Source: Phoronis australis
Taxonomy: Eukaryota; Animalia; Phoronida
Assembly (NCBI GenBank): GCA_002633005.1
Contig: NMRA01000677.1
Coordinates: forward strand, 124,001-188,000
Direction: 5' to 3'
Length of the DNA: 64,000 bases
In this document: positions 1-12,800 of the stretch, piece by piece
Position numbering within the stretch: the stretch's first letter is position 1
Layout: each line of letters begins with the position of its first letter
Notes under the pieces: generated by a model
What the model saw: only the letters and a program-made list of their open reading frames with translations
Databases searched by the model: none
What the model was told of the DNA's origin: nothing
Translations under genes and position numbers: made by a program

Positions 1-368
1 CACATTGCATCCTAAGTTGGAAAGATTTCACTGTATCAGGCAGGGCTTGGAATAGGAATGTTCAATGATAAAAAAGAGGAAAATTTTCCAGGTGATGTAT
101 CATTCCAAAAATAAGGAAGGCTTGCGTGATAGAAATATTTTTTATGTTGTAAAGTTCAATTGAAATAAACATTTTTGCAACAAATAAAGTCAAAATATTT
201 ATAAGAAAGAAAAAAGAGGAAACTGGAAATCAAATAAGATGAACTTGAAACCAAAAAGGAGGAAATCCTCTTCAAAGAGGAAAATTCCAAGCCCTGATCG
301 AGACCAGAGCTGTTTTACATGAGGAAACCTGTTCAGACAGTCTTCTAGGTTAATAAAAGAAACATTAC

Positions 369-457
369 CTCGGTACCTGCCCGCACTCATCAGTTTCAAC
401 GCAGGGTAGTGTATGAAGAGGACTCCCAAAAACACCGGCAGTGTTCCCTTTGGTATC
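369..457 (-). CDS. ARHGAP11A: ARHGAP11A-like RhoGAP, coding exon 2 (gene continues beyond left edge)
   Basis: Minus strand tttttacag|...ccgag|gtaatg, 89 nt, phase 0 to 2. Encodes DTKGNTAGVFGSPLHTLPCVETDECGQVP(R), resembling the ARHGAP11A RhoGAP start [24 protein letters not shown] (recalled). Confidence 0.8.
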
Positions 458-2096
458 CTGTAAAAACACATTCAACAAATTTTTATTTCAGAACGTGCTA
501 CATTTCTAGGGTTTACAGTATTTGGATTCGAGACTGGAAGAGACGTATTATAATTTCTCTTATTGGTATCTAATTTTGTATAAAACACTTGACAAAAGAT
601 GTCATGGCTACAAAGTCATTATAGGTGGTGTTGGAGAAAAGAAAACATGGGCAGCCAACAGTAATCTCCAGCACTTTTTTGCGTTTTTTCGCAGTTCTCG
701 CACCCTCCTCCCTAAAAGGAAAAACGATTATTTTTGATGTTATATTTTGCAGATCCCTGGTTCTCTTGAAGAGACATTTTTCCGATGGTAATTTCTGTTT
801 CTTGGCGAGTCTGAGCTAAAAATGTAATAACAGAAGGTGATGTAAAATGTCCACCATCTTGGTTCTGTATTCACTTCTATTGAACAAACGCAAACGATCG
901 GCATGCACCATGTTCAGTGCTTGATTTGTAAACCTGCACGTCGCTGATGCGATCTCAGATTTTGTTTGGCGACAAGGAAATAGAGTCAGACTTTTTGGAA
1001 AAAACGCAAAAGCCCGTCCATGACTCATTCACAGACTACAGGTCCCGATTGCCTGCATTTCCCTTTGGCATGAGATGAACCTGCATGGCATAATGGGCCT
1101 GTTACGCTTCTAAAGAAAAAAACAAAACAAAAAAGCCCCAAACAATCTCGGGTGTTCTGGCAGACGTCTCATTTCCTCAGTTTGCCCGTCAGATATATGA
1201 ATTATTCATTTATTCAGTTTTAATGTCAGTCCATTATGTGTGGAATGATTGAACGTATCAGTGCCAGATACAAGAGTACAGTAGTATAATTGCCTTGAAA
1301 ACTACATATGCACAGTTCAATAAATACTAGTATAGATAATCAGGGACCTTTATTTGTACTAATACGAAATGTAATATCAAAAATGATTGACTTTCTCTTT
1401 GGTACTAGCATAAAACCACAATAAAAGGATGAAATGTGGACAGACTGTTAAAAATAGAGAAAGTTGGAGAGCAAAGACATGCTCGATGGATACTTTCTTG
1501 TGCGCGGGAAGGTTTTATCTACGGTAACATCATACGATATAGCTTAAGTCAGCACATCCCTTATCTAGAGAAAATGAGTTTAGACTCTACTGACAGGTTG
1601 ATAAGAGCATTAGGATTTGAATCATCATGAAGACTTTTCGTAACTGTTACTTTGTAGTTTTTAAAGTCACAATTTTTCCCATGTTGCTGGCCAGAGATTT
1701 GTAATCTCCAGTTTACTGTAAATGAAGTGTAATCTTAGTGAAGTGACCGCAATCAGGGGTCGATTTGGGGCCCTGTTGGTTGCCAATGTCACCTTAAATT
1801 TTGTTTGGTGACTTGGTAAAAATCCCAGTAAATAGTTCGTCACAATGTCATCATGCCACATCCAAGAATGCACTCAAAATTACCGCAAGAAGCAAACAAA
1901 CGAAAGTCAGAAACGTTTGTCAAAAAATAGAGTCCAACTGCATTCCTCTGCCTCAATAGGAGTGCATTATATTAGGCCAGAGAGGGAGGCATTGATCGTC
2001 AATGAGCATGCGAGGTACTCCGGCTAACTTTATATTTGAACAAAATAACTGATGCACTTCAATTTGGCGCGAGTTGGTGAACTAAACTGATGTCTG

Positions 2097-2334
2097 AAGC
2101 TACCATAAATTCCCAAATAACTGCCAGTAATTTTTAGGTCATTTTAACAGTTAACAGAAGTGAAATTGAGGACAATGAGTGCAGGGTGGTGCGTAATAGT
2201 TTCTCAAAACACTTCCTACATGTGATTAATCCATATGACCTGCAAACGTGAGCACTCATTGTCATCAATTTTGGTTCTGATCTGCGTTCAAAAATCCACA
2301 AACCACTGAGTAATTTGGGAACTTGTGGTAGCTT
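2097..2334. mobile_element. MITE-like element with terminal and internal inverted repeats
   Basis: aagctaccataaattcccaaataact pairs with agtaatttgggaacttgtggtagctt. Internal pair aaattgaggacaatgagtgc / gcactcattgtcatcaattt. Confidence 0.65.
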
Positions 2335-2417
2335 GAGTTTGGCTCGCCATCTGTGCCATAATGAAGTGAGCCAAATCAGTTTGGCACAGACATTTTGGGT
2401 AGAAAATTATCAGTGTT

Positions 2418-2943
2418 TCTAACTGACCCCAATAGAGAAACTTCATACGCCAGAAGCTTTTCGGCGAATTATGCCTCTCATTGATTAAAACATCAAAGTA
2501 ACATTGTTATAAGCACCTTTAGCACATTGAGGGACACCTTAGGAGGCTGTCGACATCTTTAAGTCCTTCCAACTTGAACAAATACACCCGTAATCAAACA
2601 TTTTCTTCGAGCAGTCCTTTGTTCCATTGCCCATGCAAATGGGCAACTGGTTACTTTTACACTGCATGCGCTATTTTTACTGCACCAGCAGTGTTAAAAA
2701 TGGCCAGTTGCCAGTTTAGGCAACTGAACAAAGGACTGCTTGAAGAAAAAAATTGAGGCACTAGTCAGATTAAAGACATCGACCACCTCCTAAGCCTAAG
2801 GTAAGGTGTCCTACGTGCAAAACTAAAAGGAACTTATATAACAATGTGACTTTGTTGATCAGTGTGAGGCATAATTTGCCAAAAAGGTTCCAGCATATGA
2901 AGGTTCCATAGGAGCTTTACTGTCTTTACTGGGGCCAGCTAGA
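2418..2943. mobile_element. Foldback (near-fully palindromic) non-autonomous element, about 525 bp
   Basis: Nested inverted arms: ctaactgacccc/ggggccagctag, aattatgcctc/gaggcataatt, acattgttata/tataacaatgt, ttaggagg/cctcctaa, ttcttcgagcagtcctttgttc/gaacaaaggactgcttgaagaa. Confidence 0.7.
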
Positions 2944-3019
2944 CGGTGGTGGTCGCTGTCTACAGTACAGTACAGTTTGACCCGCAAAGTTTGGGTTGCA
3001 ACAAAAACCTCTCATGCTC

Positions 3020-3262
3020 ATGGACATTGACATTGATCTTGTTTGGTGACCGGATTTGGACTAGGGCTACCACCGGTTTAGAATACAAGAGGATGAAGAT
3101 AGCACAGAAACCGACGGGGAGTGTAGCCTCTCGCCAGTCATCTGAGGGGCTAGGTTTTACCTGCGACTCGATAGAACAGGCATGTAGCCAAGCCCGACCT
3201 CGGGAATCGAACCAGCAACCCCGATTTAACCGGCGAGCGTGCTAACCATTCAGCTAATAGGC
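3020..3262 (-). mobile_element. tRNA-derived SINE
   Basis: Minus strand A-box-like tagctgaatggttag and B-box ggttcgattcc, no proper cloverleaf, about 170 bp body ending in a short caatgt repeat. Confidence 0.6.
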
Positions 3263-3353
3263 AATTGCCCGTTAGTTACTGGCTAACAAAGGCTCATATA
3301 TGATTCACCGGAAGCACATTTCACAACAGGCATTTAATTTTATAAGAACTCAC

Positions 3354-3470
3354 CTGGGAATTTTTTCTGGATTTCTTCGGATTCGGAACTTTGATCCCGA
3401 TCTCTTTTAAATCTTGCGTCACCAGACTCCTCACTTCGTCTTTATTCTCCACACCAGTAAAGAATGCCAT
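3354..3470 (-). CDS. ARHGAP11A: ARHGAP11A-like RhoGAP, coding exon 1
   Basis: ATG at 3470 gives MAFFTGVENKDEVRSLVTQDLKEIGIKVPNPKKSRKNSQ, then cag|gtgagt, phase 0, in frame with exon 457-369. Resembles the ARHGAP11A N-terminus VRLALLQHLRAFYGIKVK. Confidence 0.8.
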
Positions 3471-3479
3471 CTCAATGAA

Positions 3480-3940
3480 AGGAACATAAAATCATGGGAA
3501 TTCTGGACACTTAAAACGATAATTTTCAGCGTGAGAAACTAGCAAAGGCAAAACAAATTTGAAAGAACCGGAAAATAAAGATACTGCGTTGTGATTGGTC
3601 GAAATTATTTACGTTGACCTCAGGTTCCGGATTTTCGAAATATCAAAGATATGTGTGATAATCATAGCCTAGGTAATTTTGTTTAAACTTTCCACGCGAA
3701 TATTAAAGACTGTATTTTAAGAATATTGAGTAGAAATATTATCCTGTCATGAGTATGAACCTGTGTGAGTTTTTCAGGTCAACTACTACAGCGCCGTCTA
3801 TAAACAGCTGGTCGGAGAGTGGAAGCGGACGACATAACAAGTGGTCGTGCTTCACAATGCATGTGCATCAAATTGACTGAAACTGGCGACTAAAGAAGTA
3901 AATTTTAACTCAGAGGGGTCCCTCCTGCATTCAAGTAAGT
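3480..3940. promoter_or_regulatory. Putative (bidirectional) promoter between ARHGAP11A-like and a plus-strand transcript
   Basis: Immediately upstream of the ARHGAP11A ATG. CCAAT (attgg 3594-3598), CHR-like TTTGAA (3558-3563), ETS-like ggaag near 3821, raised CpG, and a strong plus-strand donor caa|gtaagt at 3935. Confidence 0.5.
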
Positions 3941-6552
3941 AAACTGAGTAGTGACTGATATTACATGAAATAGAAGCCTAGACTGAAGGCACAAGTAGAG
4001 TATAATTGCCAACGTTTTGAGAACCAGCAAACCACTTAACCAGGCCAACCAGGGCCTCGTTATTTACGTTATTCACTGGATCAAACACCTAAAATTGAAT
4101 TTGTAACCTAGATCGCTATGCCGAGTGCAGATAATCATCTGTGGTGTGATTGAAAATGTAGCAACTTCTAAAGTGTTGCGCTAATTTACAGTAATTCAAT
4201 AGTTACAGGCTGTACTGTCGCATGATCATACTTTTGCACTCCTTTCCGGCTTTCGACTTCGAGTGGTTTTTGACTGGTAGGCCTACTTCAGTTCAGTATT
4301 TGGATCGCCCATCCGCTACTCAACCAGCCCAACCCCCCCACCCCCTTGATTTTGGGGTCGAATATTGGCCCCATTCCCCTCTGAAAACTAGTGAAATATC
4401 ATGCGAAATTCACCCTCATGATGATAAAACATTTCCCACTTGTAACTTACGAGGTGACAATTTGAAAGAGCACAAAATGTTAATTTTGGTTATTAGAGGC
4501 AGAGTCTATGAGGGCTTGAAACATGGTTGAGGAGCTAGTGATGGTGATCGGGAGACAGAATGTTCCCCTCACCCCAAAATATTCCCCTCTCAGAAGGCAC
4601 AGGCATCTTTTTCCCTTCGTTGGATGTCAAGAGTGATACACTGCTTTTCAGGTTCTTGCAGACTTGCTAAACCTATGGATTTAGGCAGGATTCTTCTGGA
4701 TTATTGTTGGCAATATGCCAACTTCAGTCATGGAACTTAAACCTGTGAAATCCTGCCAATGACTAGATAATATAAAACACCCGCTTTCGTTTTTGTAACC
4801 AGCTTTTCTGGGGAATCTCCAATTCAAATTTTTATATAAGGTTCTTTTACTTTACAGTGGTTTGACAGATAAACACTTTGAGTATCACAATATTTGTGAC
4901 TCGTCAAACCTGCAGTAAATTATATATTCGTAACGTGCTGCTAACAGGGATTTATCCAGAATTTCAAAAACAGAACGTCCAAAAAGGGTTTCCCAGTTTC
5001 TCATGACATACTTGAGGAATAACCCTTTTATGACCCCAAGTCAAATTTCTGTTATAGTGTGGTGGAGACATGGTTTTACAATTTAAATATTTTTGTATCT
5101 TACATAATTTCTAAACCAAATTTTTTTGTTGTTCTCAGGCTAATGAGCTCCTAGAGCTGTTGCTGATAAGTTAAAAGAGACACACCATGCTTACCTGTTA
5201 ACACTTCACTTGACCGTCCAAATGCTGAACAGAGCATCCAAGTTTAAGGGGATCTAAATATGAGTCAAGGTGTCCATTTTGATGCCCTGGACACCATCTA
5301 GGTTGAAGGCCTTGCTGCAAGTTGTCCCCTGGGCTGTAGTTTGAGTCTTGTATGACACCTGACCAAAAACCATGGTTCAGCAAATGTAACTTCACGCCTG
5401 ATAGGAGGTGATGCTGTTTTTGTTATCTATATACCTTTTATATGCAAGCAGAGGCAAAGACAGTGTGTTATTTCACTGTTAGTGTATTACTTAATATGTC
5501 ATGTAACCAGTAAAAAGCTTTTATTCAGATTTTATTTGCTTTGGAGTTAAGAAAGCAGAATTTGGTGTGTAGCTGTATTTTGATGGTGAAGCAGTCTCAG
5601 TAGAACTGCTGTTAGTTAAATATTGCTTAGCAAAAGCAAACGTATGACACACAATGCTTTGGTGTCTTGAAAGCAAGAAAGCATTCTTTTTACCCAATTA
5701 CAAATTCTGCTGGGCAAGACAGGCCGAGTTAACATGAAAAAATGGATGTTTTGAGGCATTGAATATTTTTTGTAAAGTATTTGAATATCCGCACAGCACA
5801 AATGATTTCTCAAAGAATTTGTAAGTAGTGTTGTGAAATTCTACTATACTAGCTGCAGTAGTTGCTAATGGCAACTCTCTCCATTTGCTAGTTTACCTCT
5901 GTATGAGACAACTACGCTAAAATTTGGGGTTTGTTACCCCAGTGCCTAATCCAGGCTGTGACTACCCGTCCTAATCAATTCACAAATTAATGTTCGTGGC
6001 TAAGCCGCGATGCTAAAGAAATCCTGTTCGCTAATTTCTCTTATAATGCATTGATTTTTAAAATTCAAGACAGCTACTATTTTCAATTTTAAAAACAGTC
6101 ATGGTGGTCGTTTGCCTTACTTATTGTTTGTTTTTTTACTTTGAAACTCGTCCACTAAAAAATGTGTTGGTTTCGACCACAATTATCTCATCCAGCATGT
6201 TCAGCCAAGCTCATGAATAGCAACTAGCTCACTTCAATTTGTGAGGATGCCATCAAGCCTTTGATATGCCGAGGCCGGTTGATGTTTTGTTGAGGTCCTT
6301 TTTACTTCAAAATTCACTGCTGTCTCTTAAGCAACATTCTTTGTGTTTATATAATGTCAAGTTATATTGTGACATTCAAAATTAAGTTCCATTAGCCTAG
6401 AAATATCAAACAGGTGTCTGCAAAAATTAATCACTTTCTGTTCTGTTCTGTTTTGCAAAACTGGGGTATCAGTAAGAACAAAAGTGGTGCAGATGAGTGC
6501 TTGATGGCTTTGTAGCGTTGTTTGCAAATACCCTGAAATTGAAATCTCATTG

Positions 6553-6702
6553 CATGGGCGGCGCAGCACTGAAAAAAGTGGAGAGGCTAAAGGCCCCTTA
6601 GCCCCCCACGTGGTGCACTGCCTATAGACCATGTGCGGCGTAGCACTGAAAAAAGTGGAGGGCTATAGCCCCCCCCCAGCCCCCTATGGTGCGCCACCCA
6701 TG
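6553..6702. mobile_element. Small MITE with 5-bp TSD (hAT5-like)
   Basis: TIR catgggcggcgc / gcgccacccatg, flanked on both sides by cattg. Internal duplication of agcactgaaaaaagtggag. Confidence 0.7.
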
Positions 6703-8203
6703 CATTGTTCAGTTTCTTTGTCCGAAGATAGCAGTGTAGTATTCTGCATTGTTATTAGTTTTAAAAGACTCGAGCATTTGGGTTAGTTAGGGATCTAATC
6801 CTAATTTTGGCTTTCACACACTTTGGAAATAAGTCAAGTGTCTCTGTGTTTGTGATGCTTTACCAGTTCCTGGGAAACTGTTTATTTTAGTTTATGCCCA
6901 GATCAAATGAATCTTATCTAGACATACACAATTGTCAATTGTTTAAAATGATTGCCACCCACAAGGGGCTGTGTTGAGTTACACTTGTCATGTCCGCACT
7001 TCCAGTTACCCAAGAACAACTTTCCCCAGAGCACATCCCCCTGCCAACCGAATGTCCGCATTACACATTCTACCCCTTGCGAGACATATGGTGTAGACAG
7101 GATTACGGTAAAAATCCTCCAATTTGGGATCTGAAAAATGTTATTTGGCTCAAGGTTGGAGCTTGTCCCAAATTCTAGAAATAGGCAAATTTAAGAGTCA
7201 CCGAAAAGAGGGCAAAATTACCAATCTCCAAAATTTTGAAATCAAATTGGTTGCATACAAGCAGCATCTTTCAGTTTTGTACTTAGGAAGCAATATTGGA
7301 AGGCCATAATAATGGCAGATGCGCCATCATTAAGCATGGAATACTGGGAAACGGAGTGCTACTGCAGGTGCTGGTGTTTTTGCAGTTTCAGGCTATTGAC
7401 TGCTAGAAAAAAGCACAAAAACAAACACATGGTAACCCCTTACTAAACCATGTGGCAAGAGTTATGTTTTCAAGAATAGTTATGGAAGACTTGACTCACT
7501 CTCCCAGCCTTCGCGGCTTGTGTCATTACTGTCAAACATCGAAGAAATGCCTGTGATTGGTTACTATTCACGACTTCTGACTCATGAACCAATCAGATGT
7601 CTGTGTTGGTTCACATGAGTGACCTGGCGATATCAAATGATAAAGCCATGTTTTGATGTGCTTAACAGGTGTGACATTGCTTGCAATTAATGGATTCTGT
7701 TGCGTAATATTTACAAGGTTGAAGGGACACAGCCAAGCTATGTCATCTGAACTTGCACAGTGTTACAAGTTGGAACTTCAGTTGACTGGTCAAATTTTAT
7801 AACAAAAATGTAAAATTAAATGAAAATCTTAGCATGGTTTCTCAACTATAATTTGTAAACCACCTTTGAACAATAGCAGATTTACCTTGTCCTTACAGGG
7901 ACCTGCATGTTTTGCAAGCTCAGTGGTTCAATGACCTGATTGAAACCCTCACTATCTTATTAATGTTCATGTATTGTTCATACATGAATTGTCCTGTATT
8001 GATAATCATTGCAATCAAACACTAACACCACTTCAACCCTAGGTTTACCCGCATATTTTGTATGCCCCATATGGTTTCATGCTAAAATTGGATGCGGTCT
8101 CTTTTTTTTTCTGCCATTCATTTATCGCAGGTGAGTTCAATCTACTGTGTATTTTTCCATTCTTGTCCTTTATATGTTCTCTCATTTCTCAAAATCGATT
8201 TTA

Positions 8204-8258
8204 TGACTTCGCTGATGTTACAATCTTTTGACTTCGCTGATGTTATAACCTTTTGACT
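8204..8258 (+). repeat. 25-bp tandem duplication
   Basis: tgacttcgctgatgttacaatcttt repeated twice. Confidence 0.8.
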
Positions 8259-10349
8259 CGCGCCGTTATGTAAGTCAAGTTAGTGTTTTACTAATTATAA
8301 AACCTGATTTTTTTCTTAAATGTTAAGTCCCTTATTAGTTGCAAATCATTGTTTTGGCTATCAACTCTCAGTAAGCTGCTTATGTACTTAAGTTAGTCCG
8401 GCCTAGTTTGTTGCAAGAACTGCCTCGGTGGAAAGATGACAGGAGACAACTAACTCAGCAGTTGGTAGAATAAAAACAGGAAAGTTTTGAGACATCCAGT
8501 TGAGAAAACAGATAAAGTTTGAGTCTAATACTGAAATAAAAACTTACAAAAATTAGCGAAGTTGCATCCACATCTCACGGACTTCAGCTTGGCTTGGGAC
8601 GTTATCGTTATTCTGGCCAATTGGTGGCAATTTGACCAGACGGCTTTGACGTCAGAACACCATCCCGCACGTGTGACAAATTAAGTCTTAAACCGCCTCT
8701 TTTACTTAAAAAAGGGACTCTCAGTGCGCTCATGGAGTGCTTCCTTTACACCCTTCTGAACCAGTCTGCCTCACAGTCTAGGATAGTGACATCATCAGTA
8801 TTAGCAACGTCGCTAATTTTTGTAAGATTTTATTCCAGTATTGGACTCTAACTTTATCAGTAGGTGGAATACGTTACTACATATTGACATCAACACATTC
8901 AGTTACACAACTCTGTTAGAAAACGTCGAGCAAGTGGGGGAAACCAAGCCTTCTATCTCCAACGTAAGAGACGTAAAACAAGCAGTAGCACCATCTATTG
9001 GCAATGGCTATATAATGTATTAATTAGCAAGATAACCACCTGAATAAACTGCTGTCTTTCCCATTGGACTAGATAAAAATTCTGTTGCAATTATGAAATT
9101 GGTAAGCTGTGCTGTGTTAAAAAGGTTGTCTTGTCCGAGTGACTTGTCTTGGCAAATCAAGATCCCATTCATCACCCATATCTGACCTAAGTTGTCAACA
9201 AAATCTAAGAACTTCATAACCAGTAAGTGACGAATATAAGACTATGCTCAAAATTTCATCATTTGTTTGTTGATGAGAGCTGTGCAATATAAATTATGCG
9301 GATACTGAAGTAAACTTTTTTCCTGTTTATTTTTATTGAAAATCTTTCGTAAAATAGAATTCCATTGTTCCGCCATGTTGTAGTGTTCTAAGTAAAGGAT
9401 ACTTTACAGAATGCATAGGTTTGATCTCACTTACTTACGATACATAGAAACATGTTTTTCGTTGTCTGTGGCGAGTAGGTATCTTGACAAGCACACAGTA
9501 AGGTATCGATAAGTCCAATATAAATGATGATGCATTTGAAAACAACAGACGTCTTTATATGGGGAATATATCAGGCATAAATAGCACAGTTGGTTTTGGT
9601 CTCTGTTTGTTTTTTAGTTTTGAGTCGGTGGTGCTGCATTTTTAGTCGCTCACTTTGTCAAAAAAATACACCCGGGGACGAGCAAAAATGATGCAGGATT
9701 TTTTGTCATCGCTTGGCAAACCGTGGTTTTAAACCTTGTTTAAAATTTGAAAAAACATGTCAGAGGGTCTGTTTCATGAAAGTGAGTAAAACAGAAATGT
9801 GGTCTTGCGCATGCTTCCACTTCTCAGATGCTGAAAACGGTTTATCCAAGTAATTATTAATGCATGACTCCTTGGAAATAATTGATAGGAATTATCTCAG
9901 TATCACGAACTCGTGTGTGTATTCTCTGGGACTTTGGACTTCAGCACAAGTGAAATTCTGCTTATTTTTTTAGAAACACTGCATCATGAGACCAAATTTC
10001 TGACTTGAAAAATCTTAATTCAGTCTTCATGAAGCGGACTGCTGGCTAGTCAGTTAGCAAGACAAAAAAAGGGGGAAGGTACAAGTTATCCACGGGCGAT
10101 TTTATTGACCTCTTTGAACTATTAATTTCAAGGTAGGTCAAACCTTTTGTGTGTTAAGTTGTTAAGGGTATTTAAGACCTTGTAAGATCAAATATCTACA
10201 AAACTGTAGATTTTAATTCAGAAAGTGGAAAGCCTGTAATTTGATTTTGGCTCTTTACCAATCATTTATTAATTGGGTCACACGTCCATGTCGTTTTAGT
10301 ATTTTTTGCTGAAAACAAAGGTACTTGAAAGTAAAATAACGTCATCAGT

Positions 10350-10600
10350 AACATGATGAAATTTTATTTGATTGGAAGCGAGATCTCAAAATTGCTGTTA
10401 CAGTTTTTAAAACATCATTTCGTTTTCGTTACATGTAACTTCAAATTTTTTCACGAAGATTGTAAAGTCCTTTAGGCAAAAGTGGAACATTTTTAAAACA
10501 TGTCTTAACATTGTTTTGGAAAACTGCATAAAGCTTTTTACCTAAAAGTTTCATATGAATTCAGTAAGCCGTTTCGGAAATATGACGTTCCGAAGTTTTT
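10350..10600 (+). repeat. Dispersed DNA-transposon-like fragment (related copy near 47180-47450)
   Basis: Shared aaattttatttgat..gagat(c/a)tcaaaa..ctgttacagtttt..catat..gttccgaagt in both copies. Confidence 0.55.
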
Positions 10601-12649
10601 TCTAGAGTCCTACTTACTTTAACATCTCGCCAATTTAGGGCACAATATGGCATACTGGTGAATTTTCATTCTCTCATTTCTTCATCATTTTTTCATGAAT
10701 GATCTATAGTACCAGCATTATACTGTTAGCAAACAACATTATTTTGATAAGTGTTTTAGCATTTGTAGTACGTAATATCAGTAAGTCTTTTGAAAATTGC
10801 AATTTTAGCTATGATTTTTGTCCCAAATTAAAGAATTTTTATCAAGGTTTGTGGTTGGTAAAGAATGGTTTTCCACTATGTGGAATTTCTTGTGTGAAAG
10901 TCCATTTAGTAAAACAGGTCCCCTGCATTACAGGTGAATATCCCCTGGGGATCATTTATTGTCAACTTAATGAATACCTGTGCATAATATACTTGAATAG
11001 TTGCACTGTTTGAATTATTTAGGTATATGTCAGTCTTTGAAGCAATCCTCATGGGTGCAGTGGTTTTACCTGGACAGTCTCAGCTGTGTACATTAACCTT
11101 CATAGAAGCCCATTCCTTCATTACAAGGCCAGGATGCAGTGCCTGTCCAAACAGCTTTTATATGGACAGCAGCTGTATTCAGGTCACTTGCCTTTGAAAT
11201 TTAAAATTATCACAATACAACTACTGGGAAGATTTTCTTCTGACTTTTGGTTTCTGTTCAAGATGAAAGGGACTGCTTTCCTCGGGCTGTTATTTTAGGT
11301 GTGTTGAGTTGGAAAATAGAATTAAATTGCTATCTCAGCATTTCACACAATATCACTTATGTTTACTTAGTTTAGGCGTATCCCAAAGAAACAGTTAGAT
11401 ACAGCATTTAAACTGATGGCAAGTATTCTATTTCCACTTCGTAGGTATACTACTGTGCCTACATGCCAGTTTGTCTAAAATTCATCCCTTACAAAAGCAG
11501 CTAATGCCCTGTCTATTTGAACCTTGTGAACTTTTCTGTGAACTTAATTAGTGACTAGAAATAATTTAGAGTAGGGTAGTCAAGAAAGTCAAAAGTTTGT
11601 TTATAAAAAGTTATAAATGACCTGAGTTCGTTGCTGTTCTCCTGATCTAAATGCAAGCTATCACGCATGTAGCCAGAGAGGAAACTTTTGAAACTCTTGT
11701 AATATAACTACAACTTCTGTCATAGAACTCTTTATAGTGTTGCACTCAAAAGCGACTTCCTCTAAGTCGAGTATCAAAATTTTGTTGGACTGCACAGGTG
11801 TAGTTGACCAGACGGTGGGTGACTGACCAGTGACCACGTGGGACCAGATACTAGTGGCCTCTGGAGGATGAGGAGGCACTTTCAATTTTTTCAAAACACA
11901 TCAGATCTTATCACTGTAGACTGTAAAATGTCCTTTTTACAAAGTCAAACATGTTCCCCTACTTCAACCCCCTGTCACTTCCTGAAAGTCTGCCAGTGAA
12001 CATGCTTTCTTTCATCGATATTGTACCAGCAGTGCCTTGTCTTCTGTGACAAATGTGGACACCCCACTACAAAACATTGATGACGTGATGTCCCCCAAAG
12101 AATTTTTTTTTAAATTCTTAAATCCTCATCCACTTCACATGAATTTCACAGGGAATTGAAGAATTGTCCAACAAAAACTCAAATCTATTAACAGCTGGTT
12201 TCATTGGTTCACTACTTTATCAGCAAAACACTATTTGTTTTCCTACAGGGTATTACTGCCAATTTCATATTATCAACACATCTTCCCCCAAATGTAATTA
12301 GTGAATTGCAATTATCTTTTCATATTTGCGAAACAATTGCAGCATGGGATTTCTCAATAGATAATGTGAGATTACCACCAAGTTGCACTAAAACAGGAAA
12401 CATATTATTTCAGCAAAATAATGCCCATTGTATAATTGGCTGAAACTTTGAGGGAAATAGTAGAGTCAGGTGAACTATTTAGTCCGGAGGTAAAGGGAAA
12501 AATTGATGGCAGTGCCATCTGTTGAATGTTTCCCTGATAATCAAGCTCTTTCCACTGTTACATCAGTACATCAGTTGGTTGCTCCTCCTGTGTAAGTCTT
12601 AGAATGTTTAAGCACAGGTCGGCGGTCGGTATTTCTCCACTTGTTACGT

Positions 12650-12800
12650 ACACTCACCTCATTTCGCACCCTCAAAATTATTTACACAAATAATGTTTTG
12701 TCCCTCAATTAATTTGCATGAGACTACTCCGTGGGAGTTTCTCAACTCACATGTAATTTGCATACAGCCAGTTTTGCACTAGGGAAAATATCAATTGCAA
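12650..12800 (+). repeat. Dispersed repeat (copies near 22160-22305 and 47960-48040)
   Basis: Shared tttgtc(c/t)ctca..ttt(c)gca..cagtttt core. Confidence 0.55.

Noticed and set aside
620-1110. Additional ARHGAP11A exon(s)
   Set aside because: Acceptor-like sites exist but the frames hit stops, and exons 1 and 2 already join in frame.
3190-3262. tRNA gene
   Set aside because: A and B boxes are present but acceptor and anticodon stems do not pair; better explained as a SINE head.
8640-9230. Possible degraded coding or LINE fragment
   Set aside because: No motif I could recognise in any frame.
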